61,052 nt of DNA from Octopus bimaculoides (taxonomy: Eukaryota), in the NCBI RefSeq assembly GCF_001194135.2, contig NC_068981.1:194176521-194237572 (forward strand), in the 5' to 3' direction. Shown piece after piece: positions 12,941 through 24,135 of the stretch (its first letter is position 1; each line of letters starts with the position of its first letter). The notes beneath the pieces are model-generated. The model worked only from the letters and a program-made list of their open reading frames with translations. It was not told where the DNA came from and searched no databases. A program made the translations under genes and the position numbers.

Positions 12941-13328
12941 ACATATAGCAAGCTTCTTTCAGTTTCCGTCTGCCAAATCCACTCACAAGGCTTTGGTCGG
13001 CCCGTGAAACTTCTCAATTCAAATCCATAACTTCCAGAATTTCAATTGTAAAGTTATTAATTTTATCTAAATTTTAAAATTAAAAATGATAATTAATTTG
13101 ACAAGTTAGGTATAAATCCTCTTATATGCTTAACTTATCAAGTTAATTGCAATTCTAAAATTTTTTAATTCAAATAATATTTTTTAATAACAATTGATGG
13201 ACGATTTTAGTTCAGCATTATCTTCCGCATCCCTCTCTCTCCAATACTTTAATTCAACCGTTAAGGACATACATTAACTCTGTTCAACTTTTCAAAATAT
13301 AACATCCACCTTTATGTATGTATGTATG

Positions 13329-13365
<37 letters not shown>

Positions 13366-13552
13366 TGAAGTATATTTGCCACTTAAATGTGGCTAAACCC
13401 TAAGGGTGAATGTTACTGTTGCTTTTAGCCCCAGGAGAACATCTCCTCCAGCTGGCTATTGACACACATCTGTGTCCTGTCTGTATATATATATATATCC
13501 ATGTACATATATATATATATATGTATATATGTGTATCTATATCTATCTATAT

Positions 13553-13770
13553 CATCATCATCATCATCGTTTAACGTCCGCCTTCCATGCTAGCATGGGT
13601 TGGACGATTTGACTGAGGACTGGTGAAACCGGATGGCAAGACCAGCCTCCAATCTGATTTGGCAGAGTTTCTACAGCTGGATGCCCTTCCTAACGCCAAC
13701 CACTCTGAGAGTGTAGTGGGTGCTTTTACGTGTCACCCGCACGAAGGCCAGTCAGGCGGTACTGGCAACT
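13553..13770 (-). mobile_element. SINE family C
   Basis: (CAT)n-CGTTTAACGTCCGCC...GGATGCCCTTCCTAACGCCAACCAC. Confidence 0.8.
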
Positions 13771-13774
13771 ATAT

Positions 13775-13895
<121 letters not shown>

Positions 13896-14070
13896 TATAT
13901 ATATATATACAACAGTCTTCTTTCAGTTTCCGTTTACCAAATCCACTCCCAAGGTTTTGGTCAGCCCAAGGCAATACTAGAAGACATTTGCCCAAGGTGT
14001 CATGCAGTGGGACTGGACCCGGAACAATGTGCTTGGTTAGCAAGCTACTTGCCACACAGCCTCTCCTGAA

Positions 14071-14116
<46 letters not shown>

Positions 14117-14469
14117 CATATATATATTCTGTAATTAAAACAAGTTTAACTTTTTAACATAAGTGGACAATGATTTTATTCCACATGTTTATATGAATGA
14201 AAAATAAAACTGTACAGATGTTTGCACAGATTAAATGTCCATAGTTCAACTGAGATCATATTGGTATACATAGTCTTTAGGCGAGATTGATATATATAAT
14301 TTATTTAAACATATATATAAACATAGGTGCAGGCATGGCTGTGTGGTGAGAAACTTGCTTCCAACCACATGGTGCCTTGGGCAAGTTTTTTCTACTATAG
14401 CCAGCCTTGGGCCTGCCAAAGCCTTGTGAGTGGATTTAGTAAATGGGAAATGAAAGAAGTTCGGCGTAT

Positions 14470-14760
14470 ACATCATCATCATCATCATCATCATCATTTA
14501 ATATCCGCTTTCCATGCTAGCATGGGGTTGGACGATTGGACTGAGGACTGGTGAACCTTAAGACTACACCAGGCTCCAATCTGATCTGGCAATTTTCTAC
14601 AGTTGGATGCCCTTCCTAATGCCAACCACTCTAAGAGTGTAGTGGGTACATTTTATGTGCCAGTTTGGCGGTACTGGTAACGGCCATGCTCAAATGGTCC
14701 AGCGACACTGGCAACAACCTCGCTCGAATGTTTTGTTCACGTGCCACCAGCATAAGTGCT
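14470..14760 (-). mobile_element. SINE family C
   Basis: Same motifs as the other C copies. Confidence 0.75.
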
Positions 14761-14773
14761 AGTAAGGCAACGC

Positions 14774-14830
<57 letters not shown>

Positions 14831-14872
14831 TTTGTACCTGTGTTTGTCTTCTGCTCCCACTGCTTGACTACC

Positions 14873-15092
14873 GGCAAGCTGGCGGAATCGTTAGCGTGCC
14901 AGGAGAAATGCTTAGCAGTATTTCGTCTGGCAGTATATCATTCTGAGTTCAAATTCCGCCGAGGTCGACTTAGCCTTTCAGGTTCAATTAAATAAGTACC
15001 AGTTAGGCACTGGGGTCGATGTAATTGACTTAATCCTTTTGTCTTTGTTTGTCCCCTCTATGTTTAGCCCCCTGTGGGCAATAAAGAAAAAA
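14873..15092 (+). mobile_element. SINE family B
   Basis: Head through TTTAGCCCCCTGTGGGCAATAAAGAAA tail. Confidence 0.8.
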
Positions 15093-16573
15093 ATAATGGT
15101 GTGTTTACGTCCCTGTAATTTAGTGGTTCAGCAAAAAGAGACTGATAGAATAAGTACCAAGCTTCAAACAAATAAGTACTGGGATTGATACATTCAACTA
15201 AAAATTTATCAAGGCTGTGCCCCGGCATGGCCTCAGTCTAATGACTGTAACAATAAAAGTGAGAAGGATGTAAGAGAACAAGGGAAAATATTGAGTCACA
15301 TGTTACTGTGAGCTTTTTCTACAGAAAATGGTTTTAATATATTTTTGTGTCATATGTAACTGGCCTGGATCCTGTTTTGCAGATTTCAGCTTTTCAAAGT
15401 TTTATGTAATTTTTCCATATTTAAATTTATGTGTAGCTTATTAATTAAACAGGCATCGTTATTTAACGTCCATATTTCATACGGGCATGGGTCAGACAGT
15501 TTGATAGGATCCAATGTGTCCAAGGACTGCATAATGTTCCAATACTTGTGCTAGTATAATTTTTATGGCTTTATGCTCCTTCTAACCAAGGTGGATGGTG
15601 TTAGGAAGGGCATCCAGCTGTAAAGAAAAAAAGCCATGCCAAAACAGACACTGAAGCCTAGTGCAGTCTTCTACCAAGCTGGCTCCTGTCAAATCATCCA
15701 ATCAATGCCAGAATGAAAAACGGACATTAAATGATGATGATGATGATGATGATATGTATGTCCATCGTTTGTACACCCACCATTCTCTATCATGTACACA
15801 TAATACATGTAATTACTCTCCACCCAAAATTTAGAAAACGCACCCCACCACACTACTTACCATGGATTAGATGTGAACCATGGCTAGTTTCTGAATTTTA
15901 ACCTTCTCCCCACACTCCACCCCTTCCACAAATCCTCCCCTTGTATTTCTATGTCCATCCACCATTTTCTTAAAGATAAGGTTGATGATGCAAGGAAACT
16001 GAACGAAAACAAACATGGAGAGTCGTCAGACCAGAACGAGAGGAAAATAGTGAACGCTAAGAGAAATATTTTCTTTGAAAAGAGAAAAGATAGAAGGGAG
16101 AAAGAAAACGTCCAGTCCTTTGAATGTCCGTGCAGGAAAAGAAAGATGGTCACGTGAGGAAAAGAAAGATGGTCACGTGAGGAAAAGAAAGATAGACGAT
16201 GGTCACGTGTGAGCAACGTGCGAGAGAAAAGAGAAAGAGAGATAGAAAACGGTGAAGGGCAAGAAAAAGGGAATTAGAGAAGGGTGGAGGAAGGAAACAG
16301 TAAAGAGTAGAGTTGCATCAAAAAGTTGAAGATAAACTCACTGGAAATGGATGCATGGCGTTCAATTAAATAATAATAGAAATAANNNNNNNNNNNNNNN
16401 NNNNNNNNNNNNNNNNNNNNNNNNNNNNNNNNNNNNNNNNNNNNNNNNTATGACAATGTCATACTAAAGAAATCCAGTAAGATTGAAATGGCAGCTACAT
16501 ACGAAAGTCCAGGACTGTGATTAAGTGAGAAATTAAAAGAACGAAAATTTAGTCATATATAAATACATAAAGG

Positions 16574-16913
16574 GGCGATCTTTCGGTACGAGTTCCTAAT
16601 TATCGGCCTTCTCCGTAAAAAGTGTTGGAGAGAAACAGGGAAACGACGTCATAACAGCGAAAGACATACAGAGAGCGTGATTTATTTTGAAGGGTTTAGA
16701 GTTTGGGTTTGGGTTTTAGGGTTTGCGTTAGGGAATTCCGTCCCTAACCGTAACCCTAAACACTAACCCTAACCCTGACACTAAAACCCTAACCCTAACA
16801 CCCGAGTGAAGATCGTGCGGGTGTTACGGAAAAGGCCGATCTTTGGTAAAGATCGCCGAATACACTTTTTACGGAAAAGGCCGATATTTAGGAACTCGTA
16901 CCGAAAGATCGCC
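16574..16913. mobile_element. GG-terminated MITE (Merlin-like) with a TTAGGG/CCCTAA core
   Basis: About 50-bp TIR GGCGATCTTTCGGTACGAGTTCCTAA...; flanking 8-mers CATAAAGG / CATAATGG (7/8); central TTAGGG-like then CCCTAA-like arrays. Confidence 0.75.
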
Positions 16914-17084
16914 CATAATGGTATATTCTGTTCATTGTATGTATGTATGTATACACAGAGATAGACAGAGAGCGAGAGTGAGAGTGAGATGAACACACAT
17001 ACACACACATTCACGTTTTGTAAACTGGAAAAGCCAGAATTGTAGGTGAAGTACTCAATATATCAAATAGAATGGATATGCGTA

Positions 17085-17375
17085 TAAAACTACGTACAAG
17101 CGTATCCTGTCTTATGGAAACGAGACTCGCTGAGAGAAAAAAAAAAGCTGCCATAACGCGATGTCTCGTAATGTGAAAGAGTTTCGCTTTAAGGAATTAC
17201 ACGTTGCGGTCAGACTTTTTCAAGAATGCTAACTTCCGTAATGCGGGGGATTATGTATGCCTCATTACCAATATGAATGACAACGATATGGCCCGGAGTA
17301 ATTGGAGAAAGATATATTACAATCGTAATTATGTGAGTCATCGCTACAGTGGAAGACGATATATGACGAGACAAT
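17085..17375 (+). mobile_element. Highly degenerate RTE-like LINE fragment
   Basis: Frameshifted peptides LSYGNET, AERK, MNDN..WPGVIG and LQW.DDI resemble the RTE post-RT region. Confidence 0.4.
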
Positions 17376-17668
17376 AAAAAAAAAGATAGATAGATAGATA
17401 GATGGATAGACAATCTCTGCTCATGTTTACATGTAATTGTTTATAATATTATATGGAACGACTCATTTAGTCAGAGGAAGAGGGATGTTAAGGCATAAAG
17501 AAACAAAAAACGTTAACAAAATGTAGCTTACAGTGTAAGCCAAACTGTAAGACTTTGTGTTAGTATATAGCAACATATGTTGCGGTTGAATATAATAACT
17601 ATGATAGATTGTCAAATATGAAAACTAAAAAACAAACAGGCAAAACTAAAAAAAAGAAGTTGCTACAT

Positions 17669-17699
<31 letters not shown>

Positions 17700-17819
17700 A
17701 AGGTTTAAACTTCACAAATTGCAATATAAGTTTCACATTGTTCGTTGTTGATACAATGTCTAATTAAGAGGAATCTGAATGAAACCGGAGACGTGACCAC
17801 GTGATCGAACAGACTCTTG

Positions 17820-18350
17820 CAGTGGTTCCCAAACTATGAGTCGCGAACGGAATCCTAGTGGGTCGCAAAAAGTTATAAAATTACTCATTAGCTTTGATTA
17901 ACTGCTGTCCATCGAGATAGTTCAAGACTCATGTTTTCAATACCAGACTGGTTGTTTTATCAAGCAGCAAGCGTTTTTCACGAACTTACAAATCAGAGGT
18001 GGTCATTTTCTCAAGTTATTTATTCGTACGTAACCGTAAAAAGGAAAAGTCTGTTTTTACCTATTTCTAGAGAACTTTAACTAGATGCAGTACAACACTG
18101 ATCGAGCCGATAACAGTTACTGCTTCGAGGTTTTGGTATTAGAGTTAATACCTGCCCATAGGGTAATGGAGACGTTGAAACAGTTACAAAACGTTTTGTT
18201 TCACATTTAATATAAATGAGACCTTCTTACAGGCCTCAATGAAAATGTAATCTGAAATAAATTTGCTTCTTTCATTCAGAGTTAAATGGGTCGCCATAAA
18301 CTGGTGTCATAAATAGTGGGTCGCGTCTCTAAAAAGTTTGGGAACCACTG
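17820..18350. mobile_element. hAT-type MITE
   Basis: Perfect 16-bp TIR CAGTGGTTCCCAAACT / AGTTTGGGAACCACTG; flanks GACTCTTG / GACTATCG (6/8). Confidence 0.8.
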
Positions 18351-18807
18351 GACTATCGGATGCCGTTATACTATATCGCTGGCTTCAATGGGTTTTTGTA
18401 TTGTTTCAGCCCCGCGAGCAGGCCAACAATCACCCTGGTCGGAAAGCTAGTCTGTCACATGGTTACTCATTTACTTCTAAAGGGACTAGAACAACACAAA
18501 ATGAAATGTTTTGTTCAAGAACCGAATGCGCAGTCGCTACCTTGTGATTATCTCATCCCGCATTAAAAAATTGACTTATCTCCCTACTAAAACAACTGAG
18601 TTTATGTGGTGATAAGAGATTGGATTAAAAGGGTTAGATCCTTTGACTTTTTGCCTCCTCAATAGGCAATCGATGATTTGTTATAAAAATATTGTCCGAT
18701 TCAATAAGATGGTTAATGTTTTCACTTTTCATGTTTATCAATTATTTCTTTCATTATTTACATTATTTACATTTGATGGATATTTGTCTTCATCTTGTTT
18801 GTTGTTA

Positions 18808-18851
18808 ACACAACGTTTCGGCTGATATACCCTCCAGCCTTCATCAGGTGC
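18808..18851 (-). ncRNA. Minimal type I hammerhead ribozyme-like motif (variant core)
   Basis: Minus strand GCAC-CTGATGA-A-GGCTG-GAGGGTATAT-CAGCC-GAAAC-GTT-GTGT: stem I, CUGANGA core plus one extra A, stem II, GAAA, palindromic ACGT stem III, GUU triplet. Confidence 0.65.
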
Positions 18852-18998
18852 CTTGTGGAAATTTCGAACCTGGGTTCTCATTCCTAAGGTATTTTTCGAT
18901 GTTATTATTATTATTATTATTATTATCTACGCCATATGCCTGTGGGCATATGGCGTAGATTCCGAGTTCGATTCCAGGCAGTGACCTGAATAATGATG

Positions 18999-19043
<45 letters not shown>

Positions 19044-19091
19044 TCGAAAAATACCTTAGGAATGAGAACCCAGGTTCGAGATTTCCCCAAG

Positions 19092-19135
19092 ACCCCTGAT
19101 GAAGGCTGGAGGGTATATCAGCTGAAATATTGTGT
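19092..19135 (+). ncRNA. Decayed hammerhead-like motif
   Basis: ACCC-CTGATGA-AGGCTG-GAGGGTATAT-CAGCT-GAAAT-ATT-GTGT; CpG-type mutations break stems II and III. Confidence 0.45.
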
Positions 19136-19277
19136 TAACAACAAACAAGATGAGGAGAAATATCCGTCAAATGTAAATAATGTAATTAAAGATGGCTGTT
19201 TGCATCTTTATAATCAAGCCAGAAATTAAACAAACGAATCGCACATAAAAGGAATTTGGAAAAACAAAGTGACCTCC

Positions 19278-19700
19278 TAGGCGCAGGCGTGGCTGTGTGG
19301 TTAGAAACTCGCTTCTTAACGGCATGGTTCCGGGCTCAGTTCCACTGCGTAGCACTTCGGGCAAGAGTTGGTTCTGTAGCTTCGGGCCGGGCAAAGCCTT
19401 ACGAGTGGATTTGGTAGATGGAAACTGAAGGAAGCCCATTGTGTATATACGTACACACACACACACACAAACACACGTGTGTGTGTGTGTTTGTTTGTTT
19501 GTCCTCCCCCATGATTGAAAACCGGTGTTGGTGTGTTTACGTCTCCGTGACATAGCGGTTCGGCAAAAGTAAACAATAGAATAAGTACCAGTCTTTAAAA
19601 AAAATAACGTGCTGGGGCTGCTTTATTCGACTAAAAGAATTCTTGAAGGCGGTGCTCCAGCATGGCCGCAGTCTAATGACTGAAACAAGTAAAAAAAATA
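19278..19700 (+). mobile_element. SINE family A, full length
   Basis: GGCGCAGGCGTGGCTGTGTGG head through AATGACTGAAACAAGTAAAA tail. Confidence 0.85.
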
Positions 19701-20019
19701 AGAGAACGTGTATGAGAGTGTCCACTTTTATTTCTATTTTATTTTCATGTTAGTCACGGATGGACTCAATGTCATCATGGTAGCCGTGATATAACCCAGG
19801 GTATGTGACGTAATTATTGATATCACCAATGGGTGAGCTCTTCCGGGGTATTTTGTAAGAATAATGATGGTGGAGGAGGAGGAGGAATGAGAAAAAGGAT
19901 CAGATTATCAAATAATAATAGTGACGGTTTCAAATTTTGGCACAAGGCCAGCAGTTTTGAGGGGAGGGATCAAGTAAATTCCATCAACACTAAATGGGTC
20001 GACTGGTAGTTTATTTTTA

Positions 20020-20200
20020 GAGAGAGGGGACTAGTCAGTTACATTGACCCCAGTACGCAACTGGTACTTATTTTACCGACCGACCTCGAAATGATGATAG
20101 GCGAAGTCGACCTCGGCGGAATTTGAACTCAGAACGTAAAGACGGACGAAATACCGCTAAGCATTTCGCCCGGCGTGCTAACGTTTTTGCCAGTTCACCG
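20020..20200 (-). mobile_element. SINE family B (alternative tail)
   Basis: GTCGACCTCGGCGGAATTTGAACTCAGAACG...CGTGCTAACG in reverse. Confidence 0.75.
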
Positions 20201-20725
20201 CCCTTGCCTCAAATAACAACAACAACAAAAACAATAATAATAATAACAATAATAATAATAACAACAATAATAATGATGATCATGATGATTGTGATGACGA
20301 TGATAATGATGATAACAATAATAATAATAATAATGGTTTCAGATTTTGGCACAAGGTCAGGAATCTTGAGGTGATTGGTAAGTCGATCACATCGACTCCA
20401 ACATCTTCACTGACTTCCAAAACAGGTTTTTAGAAGAAAAAAAAGAACCAAACAAGTTGATGTTTTTTATCTTTTCTTTTCTGGCTTTTATTGTAGACGT
20501 TTTATTGTTCGCGGCGCGTGTGACAGGACAAACGGTATGACACAGGCCAATGACTAATGGTAGACATCGGTGACGAATGAACATTTCTCTCTCTCTCTCT
20601 CTCTCTCGTGCGTGAGTGTGTGACTACCCCCTCCTCCCCTTCGCTTCTAGTTTCCAATAGCTAATAAGAACTACAAAGGCTAGTTGACTAATAAAAATAA
20701 AGCCGTCTCTCTCTCGCTCTCTCTT

Positions 20726-20774
<49 letters not shown>

Positions 20775-20784
20775 NNNNNNNNNN

Positions 20785-20822
<38 letters not shown>

Positions 20823-20828
<6 letters not shown>

Positions 20829-21064
20829 CATAAATATATAGGGATTGACAGTAACCTGCCTCTCCAACATACTGAGAATTCAGAAATAGCAGTCAAAGAA
20901 CTACTGATTTCAAAACTACAAATTATTACTCCAGATTGATATCGCTATCAATCTGGAGTAATAATTTGTAGTTTTGAAATCAGTAGTTCTTTGACTGCTA
21001 TTTCTGAATTCTAAGTATGTTGGAGAAGCAGGTTACTGTCAATCCCTATATATTTATGATTATA
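20823..21064. repeat. Near-perfect palindrome, 119-bp arms, 4-nt loop
   Basis: 20823-20941 is the reverse complement of 20946-21064 with 2 mismatches; loop TCGC. Confidence 0.9.
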
Positions 21065-21389
21065 AATGTTTTTTACCGAAGAAGGTTTTTTCATACTGAG
21101 CTACCCGGCAAAATTGTTAATTATTAATTTTATTACTAATTGACGATTCCCTGCCCTGCATATCTATATATATATATATATAGATAGATAGATAGATAGA
21201 TAGATTGACTGATTGATTGAGAGAGAGAAAGAGAGCGACAGTGAGTGAGATGTCTTTGTGATGTTTTTGCAGTTTTAATAATAAAGCATATTACTCTACC
21301 TCCGGTATTCGAGCACTATTTTCCCCCACCTTCTTTCACATTTATGTGTTTACTCAGGTGTGTGTGTATGTGCGTATAATACACACACG

Positions 21390-21427
<38 letters not shown>

Positions 21428-21530
21428 AACGTAATAAATACACAAAGAAAAGGAAAACAGACACAGAAGGTCCACATATCCTCATCTTCATTCGTTATCG
21501 ACCAGAGGGTCAAACGCAATTTTCCGCCTT

Positions 21531-21565
<35 letters not shown>

Positions 21566-23128
21566 GTATNNNNNNNNNNNNNNNNNNNNNNNNNNNNNNN
21601 NNNNNNNNNNNNNNNNNNNNNNNNNNNNNNNNNNNNNNNNNNNNNNNNNNNNNNNNNNNNNNNNNNNNNNNNNNNNNNNNNNNNNNNNNNNNNNNNNNNN
21701 NNNNNNNNNNNNNNNNNNNNNNNNNNNNNNNNNNNNNNNNNNNNNNNNNNNNNNNNNNNNNNNNNNNNNNNNNNNNNNNNNNNNNNNNNNNNNNNNNNNN
21801 NNNNNNNNNNNNNNNNNNNNNNNNNNNNNNNNNNNNNNNNNNNNNNNNNNNNNNNNNNNNNNNNNNNNNNNNNNNNNNNNNNNNNNNNNNNNNNNNNNNN
21901 NNNNNNNNNNNNNNNNNNNNNNNNNNNNNNNNNNNNNNNNNNNNNNNNNNNNNNNNNNNNNNNNNNNNNNNNNNNNNNNNNNNNNNNNNNNNNNNNNNNN
22001 NNNNNNNNNNNNNNNNNNNNNNNNNNNNNNNNNNNNNNNNNNNNNNNNNNNNNNNNNNNNNNNNNNNNNNNNNNNNNNNNNNNNNNNNNNNNNNNNNNNN
22101 NNNNNNNNNNNNNNNNNNNNNNNNNNNNNNNNNNNNNNNNNNNNNNNNNNNNNNNNNNNNNNNNNNNNNNNNNNNNNNNNNNNNNNNNNNNNNNNNNNNN
22201 NNNNNNNNNNNNNNNNNNNNNNNNNNNNNNNNNNNNNNNNNNNNNNNNNNNNNNNNNNNNNNNNNNNNNNNNNNNNNNNNNNNNNNNNNNNNNNNNNNNN
22301 NNNNNNNNNNNNNNNNNNNNNNNNNNNNNNNNNNNNNNNNNNNNNNNNNNNNNNNNNNNNNNNNNNNNNNNNNNNNNNNNNNNNNNNNNNNNNNNNNNNN
22401 NNNNNNNNNNNNNNNNNNNNNNNNNNNNAACAATATATGAGTATATGCATATATATATACGTGTATGTATATACGTTCATCTACATGTACATATAGATAC
22501 ATAACTGGGTACATGACGTGGCAAAAGAACATGGACAAAATGGTAAACAAGGTGCAACAAACAAGCAGGCCACATAGAAACATCCCCTTCATCAGCTGCC
22601 ACCATTAAAACTCCGGCGTTTCGATATATATATATATTCTTTTATTTCTTTCAGACATTTGACCGCACCCATGCCTTGAAGGGTTTTAGTCGAACAAACC
22701 GACTCCAAGGACTTGTTTCTTAAACCAAGTCACTTTCGCCGAACCGCTAAGTTATGGAGACGTAAACGCACCAACACTGGTTGCAAAGCGGTAATGGTGT
22801 GGGGGACAAAAATAGACACACACACACACACAAGGTAATTATTGACATGAAATTCATTTTTGCCATAAATTAATAACTAAAGAGTTAATAGCGTTTAAAC
22901 ATTGCAAATTTTGGGCAATTTTAGCCAATTGAAAGTCAGACATGTAAGTGTCTGTTTCCATAGTAACAAGCCAAGCTGTTACCAAGCAGAATTGGTACAG
23001 AAACAATTGTAACTGATCGCTAAAGATGTATGTGTGTGTGTGTGTGTAAATGTGCTGACGCACAAAATTCTCAGCTCTTGAGTCACTATTACTTTTGCTA
23101 AATATCAAATTTAAAATATACACGTATA

Positions 23129-23161
<33 letters not shown>

Positions 23162-23192
23162 AATATATATATATATATATATNNNNNNNNNN

Positions 23193-23232
<40 letters not shown>

Positions 23233-23489
23233 GCTAAAGAGGACAACAAACATTAAGGCATGGCAAACATCTCAAGTAGTATACAGTATTATTATGAGAA
23301 AAAATTCGAAGTCTTACAGTTGTTTCCGGGATATCACCGAGTATGGGATATTCCATCATCAGAGACAAATAGTAATCCGTTAAAGCACTTGCTTAGCGTA
23401 CCTAATCGTTTAGATCTCCTGTGAACTAAACCCCGATTCTTTATATATAAATATATAGAGAAAGGGAGAGAGAGGGACAGACGGACAGG

Positions 23490-23526
<37 letters not shown>

Positions 23527-23528
<2 letters not shown>

Positions 23529-24135
23529 GCATATCTATTGTGGTTAAGATGCTCGATTTGCAACCACGCGGTTTCGGGTTCGGTTCCACAGCGCAGCACT
23601 CTGGGCAAGTGTTTTCTATCACCCCGAGTCAACCAGTGGATTTGGGAGACAGAAACTAAAAAAAAGCCTGTTGTGTGTGTGTGTGTGTGCGCGCGCGCCC
23701 TTGCTATGATAACTTGTGATGGTCGTGAATGAGCGCCGCTGTCATACAAGCGGTATCGTTAGTTCCTAATCTTCCGTGAAAAAATGTCTGACCATGACCT
23801 GGCAGAATCGTTAGCACGCCGGACGAAATGCTTAGCGGTATTTCGTCAGCCGTTACGTTCTGAATTCAAATCCTGCCAAAGTCGACTTTGCCTTTTCATC
23901 CTTTCGGGGTCGATTAAATAAGAACGAGTTACCCACTGGGATCAATGTAATCAACTTAATCCCTTTGTTTGTCCCCTCTATGTTTTAGCCCCCTGTGGAC
24001 AATAAAGAAACAAATATTACCCTGGTTGGAAATCGGGTGAAGATTACTGGCAGGAAGCGGATCCGGCTGTAGAAAATCTGCTTCAACGAATTCCATGAGA
24101 AAGTGGACCTTAAAAACGATGATGATGATGATGAC
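23527..24135 (+). mobile_element. SINE with a family A head and a V-like (GAT)n tail, interrupted by a family B SINE (about 23797-24012)
   Basis: A head, (TG)n, then TGTCATACAAGC...GACCATG|B insert|AAATATTACC...GGATCCGGCTGTAGAAAATCTGC...(GAT)n; an uninterrupted tail of this type lies at about 1795-2045. Confidence 0.7.

Larger units (their letters stand above)
18754..19186. mobile_element. Head-to-head pair of Penelope terminal repeats (tRNA-like head, (AAT)n, hammerhead-like motif) with no ORF
   Basis: Two inverted copies centred on the palindrome ATCTACGCCATATGCC-TGTG-GGCATATGGCGTAGAT (18925-18960); the same repeat flanks the Penelope ORF at 56634-57990. Confidence 0.8.

Noticed and set aside
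15884-16216. ORFs 15951-16157 (+) and 15884-16216 (-)
   Set aside because: Purine-rich biased composition, no recognisable domain or splice context.
16690-16800. Telomere or chromosome-fusion site suggested by TTAGGG/CCCTAA arrays (also 29870, 32345, 52310 and 55700)
   Set aside because: The arrays are short, degenerate and enclosed by TIRs and TSDs, so they are transposon cargo.
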